A stretch of DNA of 64,000 bases from Armatimonadota bacterium (GCA_016235455.1 JACRKZ010000051.1:1-64000); one strand, 5' to 3'; counted from the first letter of the stretch, positions 18,618-27,625 are shown. The notes: generated by a model from the letters alone, not told the origin. Program-made: numbers and translations.

Positions 18618-19372
18618 GCGCTGGTCGCCGAGAATCCCGCCGCCAGCAACGTGGCCCGCAGGCGGAGCAGCGCTTGCGTCTTCAACTGACAGGCGCGCCC
18701 CTCACTGACACCCAGCACCTGGGCAATCTCCTTGAGGGTCAGGTCGCGCTGGAAGTAGAGCGTCACCACCAGCTTCTCACGGTCGGGCAGGTCGTCGATG
18801 GCGCCGGCCACGGCGGTCAGCAACTCCTCGCGCTCCACCTTCGACGAGGGCTGCGAGCTGTCGGTGCCGCCATGCTCGGTGATCTCGTCGAACGGCATCA
18901 GCGTGATGGGCCCGACATCATTGAGCAGCGCGTGGTAGTCGGTCAGCGAGACGCCGAGCCCGTCGGCCACTTCGTCCTCGGTCGGCTGGCGGCCCAGGCG
19001 GCCGCGCAGGCTATCGATGGTCTCCTCGACCTGCTTGGCCTTGCGGTGCAGGTTGCGTGGCAGCCAGCTCATCGCGCGCAGGCCATCGAGAATGGAGCCC
19101 TGGATGCGCTTGACGGCATAGGCCTCGAAAGGCACGCCCTTGTTGGGCTCGTAGCGGTCGATGGCCTCGAGCAGGCCGACGAACCCGTAGCCGATCAGGT
19201 CCTCTTCCTGGATGAAATCGGGCAGGAACGGCCGCACGCGACTGACCGCGCGCTTGACCAGCGGCAGATACGCCTCCACCAACCCGCTCTTGGAGTTCAG
19301 GTCGCCGTGCGTGTAGAACGCCTGCCACAGGTCGTCTAGCGGGGGCTTGGTGCCGTTGGTGTCCGCGTCCAT
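18614..19372 (-). CDS. fliA: FliA/WhiG-family sigma-28 factor, 252 aa
   Basis: YLPLVK, DLIGYGFVGLLEAIDRYEP, RIQGSILDGLR, LGRQPTEDEVA, LTLKEIAQVLGVSEGR. Confidence 0.93.
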   Translation of the reverse strand: MDADTNGTKPPLDDLWQAFYTHGDLNSKSGLVEAYLPLVKRAVSRVRPFLPDFIQEEDLIGYGFVGLLEAIDRYEPNKGVPFEAYAVKRIQGSILDGLRAMSWLPRNLHRKAKQVEETIDSLRGRLGRQPTEDEVADGLGVSLTDYHALLNDVGPITLMPFDEITEHGGTDSSQPSSKVEREELLTAVAGAIDDLPDREKLVVTLYFQRDLTLKEIAQVLGVSEGRACQLKTQALLRLRATLLAAGFSATSA

Positions 19373-19373
19373 G

Positions 19374-20036
19374 TCAAACCCCTCGCCGCAGGGCGTTGCG
19401 CTGGAGCGTGAACAAGTACTTGATCAACCGCTCACGCTCTGCTTCCGCCAAATCCAGGAATTCGAAGGCCAAATCCGCATGCCCTTCCACGTCGTTGACC
19501 GACCACCAGGTCAGCACCGCCAGCGCCCGCATCGGGTGGTCGGGCAATTGCACCTCCACCCACAGTGGCTCGTCGGGCTCGGCCACCGACAGCATCGAGA
19601 GCAGTTCGTCGAGCGCGGTGGTTCGCACCGCCACGCCGCCACCGCTCAGGTTGCGCGTATAGCCTTCCAAGCACATCGCCACATTGTCCGCTTCGCGTCG
19701 ACACAGCGTCCGCACCACCGCCGGTTCCCGGAAGAACATGCGGCGCTGCAACGCGGTAATCCGCGTCGGCCGTCGTACTTTGACCAACGGCACCGGGAAC
19801 AGTTCGCTATCGACCACCACCGAGTCGAAAGCGTGGACGCCCCCGTCCACAAACAGGATCACGCGGATCCGCGCCCCGTCCGCCACGCGGATCGGCAAGC
19901 CCTTCTCCGACGGCCCGGCCAGCACGACGCACTCAGCCGTGACGTCCTCGACGCGGCTGGGAAACCGCATCGGTTCGCCGTATTCGGTGACCTCGACGGC
20001 CACGCGCTGATTGGGCTTCATCGGCAAAGCGGCCAT
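19374..20036 (-). CDS. Flagellar brake-type protein (YcgR-N plus PilZ c-di-GMP receptor), 220 aa
   Basis: PilZ motifs QRRMFFRE and NLSGGG; N-terminal SRVED motif. Confidence 0.88.
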   Translation of the reverse strand: MAALPMKPNQRVAVEVTEYGEPMRFPSRVEDVTAECVVLAGPSEKGLPIRVADGARIRVILFVDGGVHAFDSVVVDSELFPVPLVKVRRPTRITALQRRMFFREPAVVRTLCRREADNVAMCLEGYTRNLSGGGVAVRTTALDELLSMLSVAEPDEPLWVEVQLPDHPMRALAVLTWWSVNDVEGHADLAFEFLDLAEAERERLIKYLFTLQRNALRRGV

Positions 20037-20039
20037 AGG

Positions 20040-20894
20040 TTAGATGCGTGCCGGCAGCCAACGAGCCGGCGTCGTACCCTTGCTCTCAATCTTCCGCGCG
20101 GCAGGCTGAGTGCCCTGCGGTTCAGTCGGCACAGAGGCCTTCGCCGCCGGCTGATCCGCTGCCTTGGGCGCTATCTTAGCAGCTTCCGGCTTGCCTGTCT
20201 CGGCTGACTTGGCCGGTCCCGCGGCGGCCTGGCCAGCGGTCTTCGCCGTCGTCGACACCGTCTCCTTCTGCGGCGCGCCATTTGCTGCCGGCGCGGGTTC
20301 GGTGACCGCGGGCACGGCCGGGTTCGCCGCCGGGGTGGGGGCGGTGGCCGTTGTCGGCGCGCTGGGCGAGCTCGGCGCACTGGCGACCGGCGCCTCTTGC
20401 GGTCGCATGGGCGCGGCCAGGCTCTCAGCGGGCACCACCACCGTGGCCGGCGCGGCCACGGCCTGGCCGGCTGGCGCCGACTGGGCACTGGTGCGCAGCG
20501 CCGGGCCGCTGGCCGTGCTGACGGTGACCGCGTCCAGCATGCTGGTGTTGGCCATGATGGCCAGCACGCCGCAGATGGTCAGGCCGGCGATGTGCGCCGG
20601 GCCGAAGGCCATGCGGCGTTGTGAGGCCTGGGCCAACGCCGGACGCACGACCATGCGGTGGATCTCCTCGGCATAGTCGGCACAGCGACTGCACTCGGCC
20701 ACATGGTCGGCTACCGCCGCCAGTTGCTTGCCACGCAGCCGGCCGGCGACCAGGTTCTCGATGTCGCGCGGCGCGGGGCAGGCTGCCACCACCGGCTCGA
20801 CGGACGCCGAGGCTGGTTGCGCGGACAGCGCCGGGCGCGAGAGCTCGGCGAGGATCCGCTGGCGGCGGCTGAGATTGGTGGGCAGGTTCGTCAT
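20040..20894 (-). CDS. Zinc-finger (zf-HC2/ZAS-like) membrane protein with Pro/Ala/Thr-rich tail, 284 aa
   Basis: CPAPRDIENLVAG...HVAECSRC (C...HxxxCxxC), one hydrophobic helix, then a low-complexity tail. Confidence 0.75.
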   Translation of the reverse strand: MTNLPTNLSRRQRILAELSRPALSAQPASASVEPVVAACPAPRDIENLVAGRLRGKQLAAVADHVAECSRCADYAEEIHRMVVRPALAQASQRRMAFGPAHIAGLTICGVLAIMANTSMLDAVTVSTASGPALRTSAQSAPAGQAVAAPATVVVPAESLAAPMRPQEAPVASAPSSPSAPTTATAPTPAANPAVPAVTEPAPAANGAPQKETVSTTAKTAGQAAAGPAKSAETGKPEAAKIAPKAADQPAAKASVPTEPQGTQPAARKIESKGTTPARWLPARI

Positions 20895-20897
20895 GGC

Positions 20898-22229
20898 TTA
20901 GGCCTCCCGCTGGGCGAGGTCGATGCGCTTGGACCAGGCGAGTTGCACCAGCTTGGCGCTGGTGGCCAGTTCCAGGTCGTCCGGGATGTCGGCGCCGGTG
21001 CCGAGGTAAGAGAAGGGGATCTGGTAGCGCCAGGCGAGGTTCACCAGCAGACCGTGGTCCGTGGCCTCGTCGGTCTTGGTGATGGCCAGCGCCGCCAACG
21101 GCAGCGCCGCGCCAAACGCTTCCACGCTGCGGCGCAGGTCGCCGCCCTTCGTGCTGGCCGAGAGCACCAGGTGGATCTCGTCGGGCTCCAGGGCGATGAG
21201 CGTGTCCAGCACGCTCTCCCAGGCCGGGCCCTGGGTCGTGGCGCAGGCTGGCGTGTCGATCAGGATCAGATCGCTGTGGCGGCGCGCCACGCGCAGCTTC
21301 TGCTCCGCCTCGGCCGCGTTGCGGGCGATGACCACGGGCATCTGCAGCAGGTCGCCGAGCGCCTGCAACTGCGCCTGCGAGCCCACCCGGCGGGCATCGG
21401 TGGTGACCAGCACCACACGGGCCTGCTGGCCGAGGGCGAAGCGGCCGGCGAGCTTGGCGATGAGGCTGGTCTTGCCCACGCCGCTGGGTCCGATGAGCGC
21501 CACGACGCGCGGCTCGTCGCCGAGTCGAATGTCGCCCGAGCAGAGCAGCGTGTCGTGCAGCACGTCGGCCACGCTACGGCTCTGCGCCGCGGCCATCAGT
21601 TCGGCGGCCACATCGGTGTCGACGCCCGCGTCGATGAGCGCCTGCTGGCGCGTCGTCGGGCCCGACTCGTCCTGCCGGCGCGAGCGCGTCTGCAGGTCGT
21701 CGAGCTTGCTTTCCATGCGCTCGAGCGCCTCGTTGAACTCGGCCAGCAGCGCCACGGTGAGCTCTTCGCGGCTCATCTGGCGGGCTTCGGGCGACAGGTC
21801 GATGAGGTCGACCGTGTCGGCCTGCTCGTCGGCCGGCGCGGGCAGGGCCGGCGGCGCGGCCGGCACCGGAGCCGGTGACGTCGGCTGGGGCAGGGCCGGC
21901 ACGGGTTCGGACTGGCTCATCTGCGCGGCCAGCAGTTGGCGGGCGGCCAAGGCGCGCACGGCCAGCGGGTCGAGGGCGGCGGGCTTGTCGTTCTCGTCGT
22001 ACTCGGGCACCATCTCGGCCTCCACTTCGGCCACGGCCGTGAATGCTTCGCCGGTGACTTCGCCATTGGCGCCGGCCCAGACTTCGACCTGCGGGCGGCC
22101 GAGCAGGCGCTTGAGGCCGTTGGCCTGGCGCCAGCGGGTGTGCAGGACGACGGCGTCGGGGCCGAGTTCGTCGCGCACCTGAGCGATGACGTCGCTCACG
22201 TACTGGCCTTCGAAGCGCTTGATGGTCAT
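20898..22229 (-). CDS. flhF: Flagellar biosynthesis SRP-type GTPase FlhF (degenerate G2/G3 motifs), 443 aa
   Basis: MTIKRFEG...VRDELGPDAVVL, GPSGVGKTS, TKTDE, SYLGTGADIPDDL; ATGA overlap with flhA. Confidence 0.9.
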   Translation of the reverse strand: MTIKRFEGQYVSDVIAQVRDELGPDAVVLHTRWRQANGLKRLLGRPQVEVWAGANGEVTGEAFTAVAEVEAEMVPEYDENDKPAALDPLAVRALAARQLLAAQMSQSEPVPALPQPTSPAPVPAAPPALPAPADEQADTVDLIDLSPEARQMSREELTVALLAEFNEALERMESKLDDLQTRSRRQDESGPTTRQQALIDAGVDTDVAAELMAAAQSRSVADVLHDTLLCSGDIRLGDEPRVVALIGPSGVGKTSLIAKLAGRFALGQQARVVLVTTDARRVGSQAQLQALGDLLQMPVVIARNAAEAEQKLRVARRHSDLILIDTPACATTQGPAWESVLDTLIALEPDEIHLVLSASTKGGDLRRSVEAFGAALPLAALAITKTDEATDHGLLVNLAWRYQIPFSYLGTGADIPDDLELATSAKLVQLAWSKRIDLAQREA

Positions 22230-24310
22230 TGCTCTTCCACCGTCACCAGGCCGAGCGTGCGCAGCCGCGCGTTGGTCTCGGCAATCTCGTCATAGGACAG
22301 CAGCACCAGGCGGGCCAGGAACTTCTTCATGATGCGCCGCAGCGGCAGGCGCAATCGGCCCGAGCAGACCAGCACGGGGCTGTGGCCGTCGCCAGCGATG
22401 GCGTCGAGCTGGCGGCTGAGCCCTTCGATGAAGCCCTGCATCAGCGACGGCGCCGCCTGCACCTGGCCGCCGAACGAGGTCTCGACGATGCCGTCGGTCA
22501 GGCGCCGCTCGAGCATGGGGTCGAGCACCAGGGCCGGAAGCTCGCCGGCGGCGAGCATCGGGTCGATGATGACCCGCGCCAGGCGGCGGCGCACATGCTC
22601 GGTCATCTGGTCGAGGCTGCTGGTGCGCGTGGCGGCTTCGCCCAGCGCCTCCAACACGCTGACCATGTCGCGCACCGGCACGCGCTCGTCCAGCAGGTTC
22701 TGCAGCACCGACTGCAGCACGCTCTTGCTGACCACGTCGGGCACCAGGTCGTCGACGATTGCCGGGTGCTCGCGCTTGGCGACTTCCAGCAGTTCCGCGA
22801 TCTCCTGCCGGGTCAGCAGTTCCGAGGCGTGCTGGCGGACGGCTTCGCCCAGGTGCGTGATGCACACCGAGGTGGCGTCGACCACAATGTAGCCGCGGCG
22901 CTCGGCGTCGCCCTTCTGCTCGGGCATGATCCACACCGCCGGCAGGCCGAACGTCGGGTCGTTGACGTGTTCACCCTCGAGCGCATCGCGGACGTTGCCG
23001 CCGTTCATGGCCATGTAGAAGCGGGGCAGGATCTCGCCTTCGGCGATGTTCACGCCGCGCATGCGCAGCAGGTACTTGTTCGGCGGCAGGGTCAGGTTGT
23101 CCCGCACCCGGATGGCCGGGACGATGAGCCCGAGGTCCTCGGCGATCTGCCGGCGCAGGCCGGTGATGCGGTCGAGCAGCATTCCGCCGTCGGCCTTGAT
23201 GGCCATGGGCACCAGGCCGTAACCAAGTTCCAGCTCCAGCGTTTCCAAGGGCAGGTGGTCCTTCATATCCAGCGGGCGGTCGGGCTCGGGCGGCGGCGGC
23301 AGCGCGGCATCGGCCTCGGCCTTGTCGCGGATGACGGTCAGGCGGTAGCCGGCCATGCCGACCAGGCCGGCCAGCAGGAACATCGGCACCTTGGGCATGC
23401 CCGGCACCAGGCCCAGCGCGCCACACGCCACCGCCGCGGCGACGAAGGCGTCCGGCTGGTTCTGCAACTGCTTCATGAAGTCGTCGCTGAGGTTGCTGTC
23501 CGACGCGGCGCGCGTGACAATCAGACCGGCGGCGGCCGACATGAGCAGGCTGGGGATCTGGACGGCCAGGCCTTGACCGACGGTCAGCAGTGCGTAGGTG
23601 CCCAGCGCCGTCTTGGCGTCCATGCCCATCTGCACCATGCCGATGACCAGGCCGCCCATGAGGTTGACCGCGGTGACCGCCATGGCGGCCATGCCGTCAC
23701 CCTTGACGAACTTGCTGGCACCGTCCATGGCGCCGTAGAAGTCCGCCTCGGCAGACACCTTGATGCGCCGCATGCGCGCCTGCTCGTCCGTGATGACGCC
23801 GGCGTTCAGGTCGGCGTCGATGGACATCTGCTTGCCTGGCATGGCGTCCAAGGTGAAGCGCGCCACGACCTCGGCGATGCGGCTCGTGCCGCCGGTGACC
23901 ACCAGGAACTGCACCAGGACGAGAGTCAGGTAGAGCACGAAGCCGATGACGTAGTTGCCGCCCAGGAGCAGCTGGCCGAACGCGGCCACCACGGAGCCCG
24001 CGTTGGCCGTGGCCAGAATGGCGCGCATCAGGCTGATGGACAGCGCCACGCGGAACAGGGCCAGCACCAGCAGCAGGCTGGGGAAGACCGAGAACTCGAT
24101 GGGGTCCTTAAGGTAGGCGGTGACCAGCAGGATGGACAGGCTGAGCGCGAGGTTGAAGGCGAGCAGCAGGTCGATGACCGGGGTCGGCATGGGCACGACC
24201 AGCATCATCACGATGCCCAGCACGCCCGCCGCCATGTAGGCTTCGGACCGGCCCAGCAAAGCCTTCAGGGCTTCAGCCGAGGATCGTTGCTTTGCGGCCA
24301 CCGCGCTCAT
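22226..24310 (-). CDS. flhA: Flagellar export gate protein FlhA, 694 aa
   Basis: FSVFPSLLL, RIAEVVARFTLDAMPGKQMSIDADLNAG, FYGAMDGASKFVKGD, LELGYGL, IRVRDNL. Confidence 0.97.
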   Translation of the reverse strand: MSAVAAKQRSSAEALKALLGRSEAYMAAGVLGIVMMLVVPMPTPVIDLLLAFNLALSLSILLVTAYLKDPIEFSVFPSLLLVLALFRVALSISLMRAILATANAGSVVAAFGQLLLGGNYVIGFVLYLTLVLVQFLVVTGGTSRIAEVVARFTLDAMPGKQMSIDADLNAGVITDEQARMRRIKVSAEADFYGAMDGASKFVKGDGMAAMAVTAVNLMGGLVIGMVQMGMDAKTALGTYALLTVGQGLAVQIPSLLMSAAAGLIVTRAASDSNLSDDFMKQLQNQPDAFVAAAVACGALGLVPGMPKVPMFLLAGLVGMAGYRLTVIRDKAEADAALPPPPEPDRPLDMKDHLPLETLELELGYGLVPMAIKADGGMLLDRITGLRRQIAEDLGLIVPAIRVRDNLTLPPNKYLLRMRGVNIAEGEILPRFYMAMNGGNVRDALEGEHVNDPTFGLPAVWIMPEQKGDAERRGYIVVDATSVCITHLGEAVRQHASELLTRQEIAELLEVAKREHPAIVDDLVPDVVSKSVLQSVLQNLLDERVPVRDMVSVLEALGEAATRTSSLDQMTEHVRRRLARVIIDPMLAAGELPALVLDPMLERRLTDGIVETSFGGQVQAAPSLMQGFIEGLSRQLDAIAGDGHSPVLVCSGRLRLPLRRIMKKFLARLVLLSYDEIAETNARLRTLGLVTVEEQ

Positions 24311-24385
24311 CCACTGGTCCCTTCAGAGATTGCTCCGCCCGATGCCTGGGGCGATGGTCGGTATCCTGCCATGTGCCCTTTGGAA

Positions 24386-24413
24386 GATAAATGGCGAGGA
24401 TTCGTCATTTATC
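24386..24413. promoter_or_regulatory. AT-rich palindrome (candidate operator) in the divergent flhA/peptidase region
   Basis: gataaatggcga-ggat-tcgtcatttatc: 12-bp arms with 1 mismatch. Confidence 0.55.
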
Positions 24414-24496
24414 CAGGACCCGGCAACCTATCTGTCAGGGAGATGTCGCGGAGGAGCCCATCGCTCCGACGCCAATCAGCGGACAGGGAGTCTTCC

Positions 24497-27073
24497 ATGG
24501 CCTTGGCGCGGAGCGACGGTGAACTGCTGGCTTTCGGCGATCCGACCCGCTACGATCCGCTGGTCGATACGCCGCACAAGGTGCTCGGCTACCGCTTTGG
24601 CGACCGCCTTTCGCGCCACAGCGACATCATGCGCTATCTGGCTGTGCTGGCCGAGTCGCAGCGGGCCGAACTGCTGCCCATCGGCCGCTCCTACGAGGGC
24701 CGCGCCTTGGCCCAGTTCGTGGTCAGCTCGCGCGACAACCTGGACCGCCTGGAATCGCTGCGCGCGGTCCAGCAGCGCCTGGCCGACCCTGATTCCGACG
24801 TGCCGTCGCTGGCCCACCATCCGGTGGTTGTGTGGATCATGGCCAACGTGCATGGCGGCGAGCACTCGGGCGCCGAGGCGGCGCTGGCCTTGGCCTATCA
24901 GCTGGTCGCGGGCACCGACTCGACGACGCGGGCCATCCGCGACAACGCGGTCGTGGTCATCGACCCGCTGCAGAATCCCGACGGGCGCGACCGTTCGGTC
25001 AACAACCATTACGCGCTCGGCGGCCTGGCCTCCACCACCGACCGCCATGCCGCCGAGCACCGCTGCCCCTGGCCCGGCGCGCGCGGCAGCCACTACGCTT
25101 TCGACCTCAACCGCGACTGGTGCCTGCTGACGCACCCCGAGACGCGGGCGCGGGTGGCTTCGTTTCTGGCCTGGCGCCCGCAGGTGGTGGCCGACCTGCA
25201 CGAGATGGGCGGGCTCGGCGGCTACTACTTCCCGCCACCGGCGGCGCCCATCGAGGCCAACGTGCCTGACGAACTGCTGCGCTGGTGGGAGGTGTTCGGC
25301 CGCGCCAACGCCGGCGCGTTCGATGAGCGCGGCTGGGACTACTTCATCGGCGAGTACTTCGACAGCTACTACCCGGGCTACGGCGAGAGCTGGCCGCTCT
25401 ATCACGGCGCGCTGGGCATGACCTTTGAGCAGGACACACCTAGCACGCTGGCGCTGCGTAACGAGCGCGACCGCCTGGTGACCCTGGCCCAGGCCACCGA
25501 GCGGCACTTCGTGGCGGCCTACACGGTCTGCGCCACGGCCGCCGAGCACCGCCGCGAGCTGCTCACGACCTACCGCCAGATCCGCTGCGACCAGGTCTCC
25601 GCCGGGCTCGACGGCGCGCGGCAGGCACTGCTCATCGACGCGGGCGACCGCGCCGCCGATGCCGCCGACGTGGCCGCACTGCTGCGCGCGCAGGGCGTCT
25701 GCGCCGAGATCGCCGCGGAGCCGGTCGAGGTGGACGCGGAGCCGCAACTGGCGACCGAGACCGGCGGCGGCATGGAGCGGTTGGTAACCTTGGCGCCCGG
25801 CTCGGTCATTGTGCCGCTGGCCCAGCCCGAGGGCGCGCTGGTGCGCGTGCTGTGTGAGCCGCACTCGCCCATGCCGCGCGAGTTCCTGGCGACCGAGGAT
25901 GCGCTGCTGGAGGGTCGCGCCGAGCCCAGCATCTACGACATCACCGCGTGGTCGCTGCCGCACCGGGTCGGGCTCGATGCCTACTGGTCGGCCACCGTGC
26001 CCGACGTGCTGCTGCGGCCGCTGGGGCACGATCTGGTGCCGGCCAAGGTGGCCTACCTGCTGCCGATGACCACGCGCGCCGCCTACCAGGCCACCGCGCG
26101 CATGACCTTCGAGGACGGCTGGGCGCCGCGCATGGCCTCGCGGCCGTTCCGCTTCGAGGGCCGTGCCTACGACCGCGGTACGGCGGTGCTGCATGTAGGC
26201 GATCACGATGAACGGCTACCGGCCCGGCTGGCGGCGCTGCTGGCCGAGACGGGCTGCGAGGTGGTCAGCGCCGACCGGTCGTGGGACGACAGCGGCGAGC
26301 GGTTCAGCCTGGGCTCGGCCTATCTGATCCCGGTGCAACGGCCGCGCCTGGCGATGCTGACGCGCGACCCTGTGTCGCCCGAGGGTGCCGGCTGGTGCTC
26401 ATACCTGCTGGAGCAGGTCTACCGCATCCCGCACACGCCGCTGGCCGTGCGCGGACTCACCGCCGAGATCCTGCGCGACTACGATGTGCTGCTCATGCCC
26501 GACAGCAGCCACTACACCGATGTATTCGGCGAGCAGGCCGAACTGCTCAAGCGCTGGGTGGAGGCCGGCGGTACGCTGGTCGCGCTGGGCGGCCGGGCCT
26601 CAGCCTACCTGAGCGATGGCAAGGGGCTGAGTGGTGCCAGCGTCATCGAGGATCTGCGCTGCCTGGACGCCAAACCGGAGTTGGCCAAGGACGCGGAGAA
26701 GCCGATCGTGCCGCAGGAGCATCGACCGCTCTCGATCCCCGGCGTGTCGGCCTGGGTGGCGACGGATCCACACAGCTACCTGACCTATGGCTGTCCGGGC
26801 CGGATGCTGGTGCCGTTGCTGGGGGCGAATCTGTTCCGGCCGACGGTGGAGGGCCATACGGCCTGCCGCCTGACCGGCGAGGCGCCCATCGGCTGGCTGC
26901 CGGCGCGCATGGCGGACAAGCTCGACGGTCGCGCCTGGCTCTGGCAGGACATGGTGGGCGCGGGCCAGGTCATCTGCTTCGCCGTGCCACCGACATTCCG
27001 CGCCAGTTGGCCGATGCTGGACCGGCTGTGGCTCAACGCCGTGCTCTATAGCCGCAGCCGCAAGCGGGAGTGA
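24497..27073 (+). CDS. M14-family zinc carboxypeptidase with C-terminal class I glutamine amidotransferase-like domain, 858 aa
   Basis: ANVHGGEHSG, NPDGRDR, DLNRDW, DLHEMG, YDVLLMPD...WVEAGGTLV; SD agggag before ATG 24497. Confidence 0.88.
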   Translation: MALARSDGELLAFGDPTRYDPLVDTPHKVLGYRFGDRLSRHSDIMRYLAVLAESQRAELLPIGRSYEGRALAQFVVSSRDNLDRLESLRAVQQRLADPDSDVPSLAHHPVVVWIMANVHGGEHSGAEAALALAYQLVAGTDSTTRAIRDNAVVVIDPLQNPDGRDRSVNNHYALGGLASTTDRHAAEHRCPWPGARGSHYAFDLNRDWCLLTHPETRARVASFLAWRPQVVADLHEMGGLGGYYFPPPAAPIEANVPDELLRWWEVFGRANAGAFDERGWDYFIGEYFDSYYPGYGESWPLYHGALGMTFEQDTPSTLALRNERDRLVTLAQATERHFVAAYTVCATAAEHRRELLTTYRQIRCDQVSAGLDGARQALLIDAGDRAADAADVAALLRAQGVCAEIAAEPVEVDAEPQLATETGGGMERLVTLAPGSVIVPLAQPEGALVRVLCEPHSPMPREFLATEDALLEGRAEPSIYDITAWSLPHRVGLDAYWSATVPDVLLRPLGHDLVPAKVAYLLPMTTRAAYQATARMTFEDGWAPRMASRPFRFEGRAYDRGTAVLHVGDHDERLPARLAALLAETGCEVVSADRSWDDSGERFSLGSAYLIPVQRPRLAMLTRDPVSPEGAGWCSYLLEQVYRIPHTPLAVRGLTAEILRDYDVLLMPDSSHYTDVFGEQAELLKRWVEAGGTLVALGGRASAYLSDGKGLSGASVIEDLRCLDAKPELAKDAEKPIVPQEHRPLSIPGVSAWVATDPHSYLTYGCPGRMLVPLLGANLFRPTVEGHTACRLTGEAPIGWLPARMADKLDGRAWLWQDMVGAGQVICFAVPPTFRASWPMLDRLWLNAVLYSRSRKRE

Positions 27074-27084
27074 GCGGCCTGAAA

Positions 27085-27168
27085 CAGCCACGGAGGGCAC
27101 AGAAGACACCGAGGCCCGGTCGGGCCTGACCCGCCGAAACCCTGTGTTCTCTGTGCGCTCTGTGGTTG
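27085..27168. repeat. Imperfect palindromic repeat (CCACAGAGnnCACAGAG type) between convergent genes
   Basis: cagccacggagggcacagaagacacc pairs with ctgtgttctctgtgcgctctgtggttg; 9-nt periodicity within each arm. Confidence 0.7.
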
Positions 27169-27263
27169 AGACACAACTGCAGACCGACCCAAAACGACAC
27201 ACCGCGGCGCGCTGGGTGGGTACCCATGAACGCGTCGCGGCGCGCGCTTGGTGTCAGACGGGA

Positions 27264-27551
27264 CTACTCGTCCGAGTCGTCGCCTTCGATATCGTCGACC
27301 AGGTCGGCGGAGCCGTCTTGATCGTCGGCATCGACGGTTTCGGTGCCGGTGATGACGAAGACGTTAGTCGCCCGTGGTCCACGCTCGCTGTCTTCCACAT
27401 CGAAGCGCACACGATGGCCCTCGTACAGGGCCTTGGGCTCCGCTTCCTGGATGTCGGCGCTATGGAGAAAAACGTCGCGGTTGGCGTTGTCCTCGTAGAC
27501 AAAGCCGTAACCCTTTTCAGTGTCGTACCATTTGACAGTACCGGTAGCGAT
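27264..27551 (-). CDS. Cold-shock domain protein with acidic tail, apparent ATC start, about 95 aa
   Basis: (I)ATGTVKWYDTEKGYGFV...DVFLHS...GPRATNV; strong SD GAGGAGG 9 nt before the ATC. Confidence 0.9.
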   Translation of the reverse strand: MATGTVKWYDTEKGYGFVYEDNANRDVFLHSADIQEAEPKALYEGHRVRFDVEDSERGPRATNVFVITGTETVDADDQDGSADLVDDIEGDDSDE

Positions 27552-27625
27552 GGCCGTACCCTCCTCTCGTGCGAGGTCGGCCACAGGCTAACACGGAGTG
27601 GGCTGTCGGTCAACGATCCCGCGCT

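Noticed and set aside
22226-24310. Injectisome SctV
   Set aside because: Linkage to flhF, a PilZ brake protein and fliA indicates flagellar FlhA.
24380-24420. Sigma-28 promoter
   Set aside because: TAAA is present on both strands, but no GCCGAT-like box follows at the expected spacing.
22229-27073. 1614-aa plus-strand ORF
   Set aside because: Its first 700 or so codons are the antisense shadow of flhA. The real M14 peptidase starts at 24497 behind an SD.
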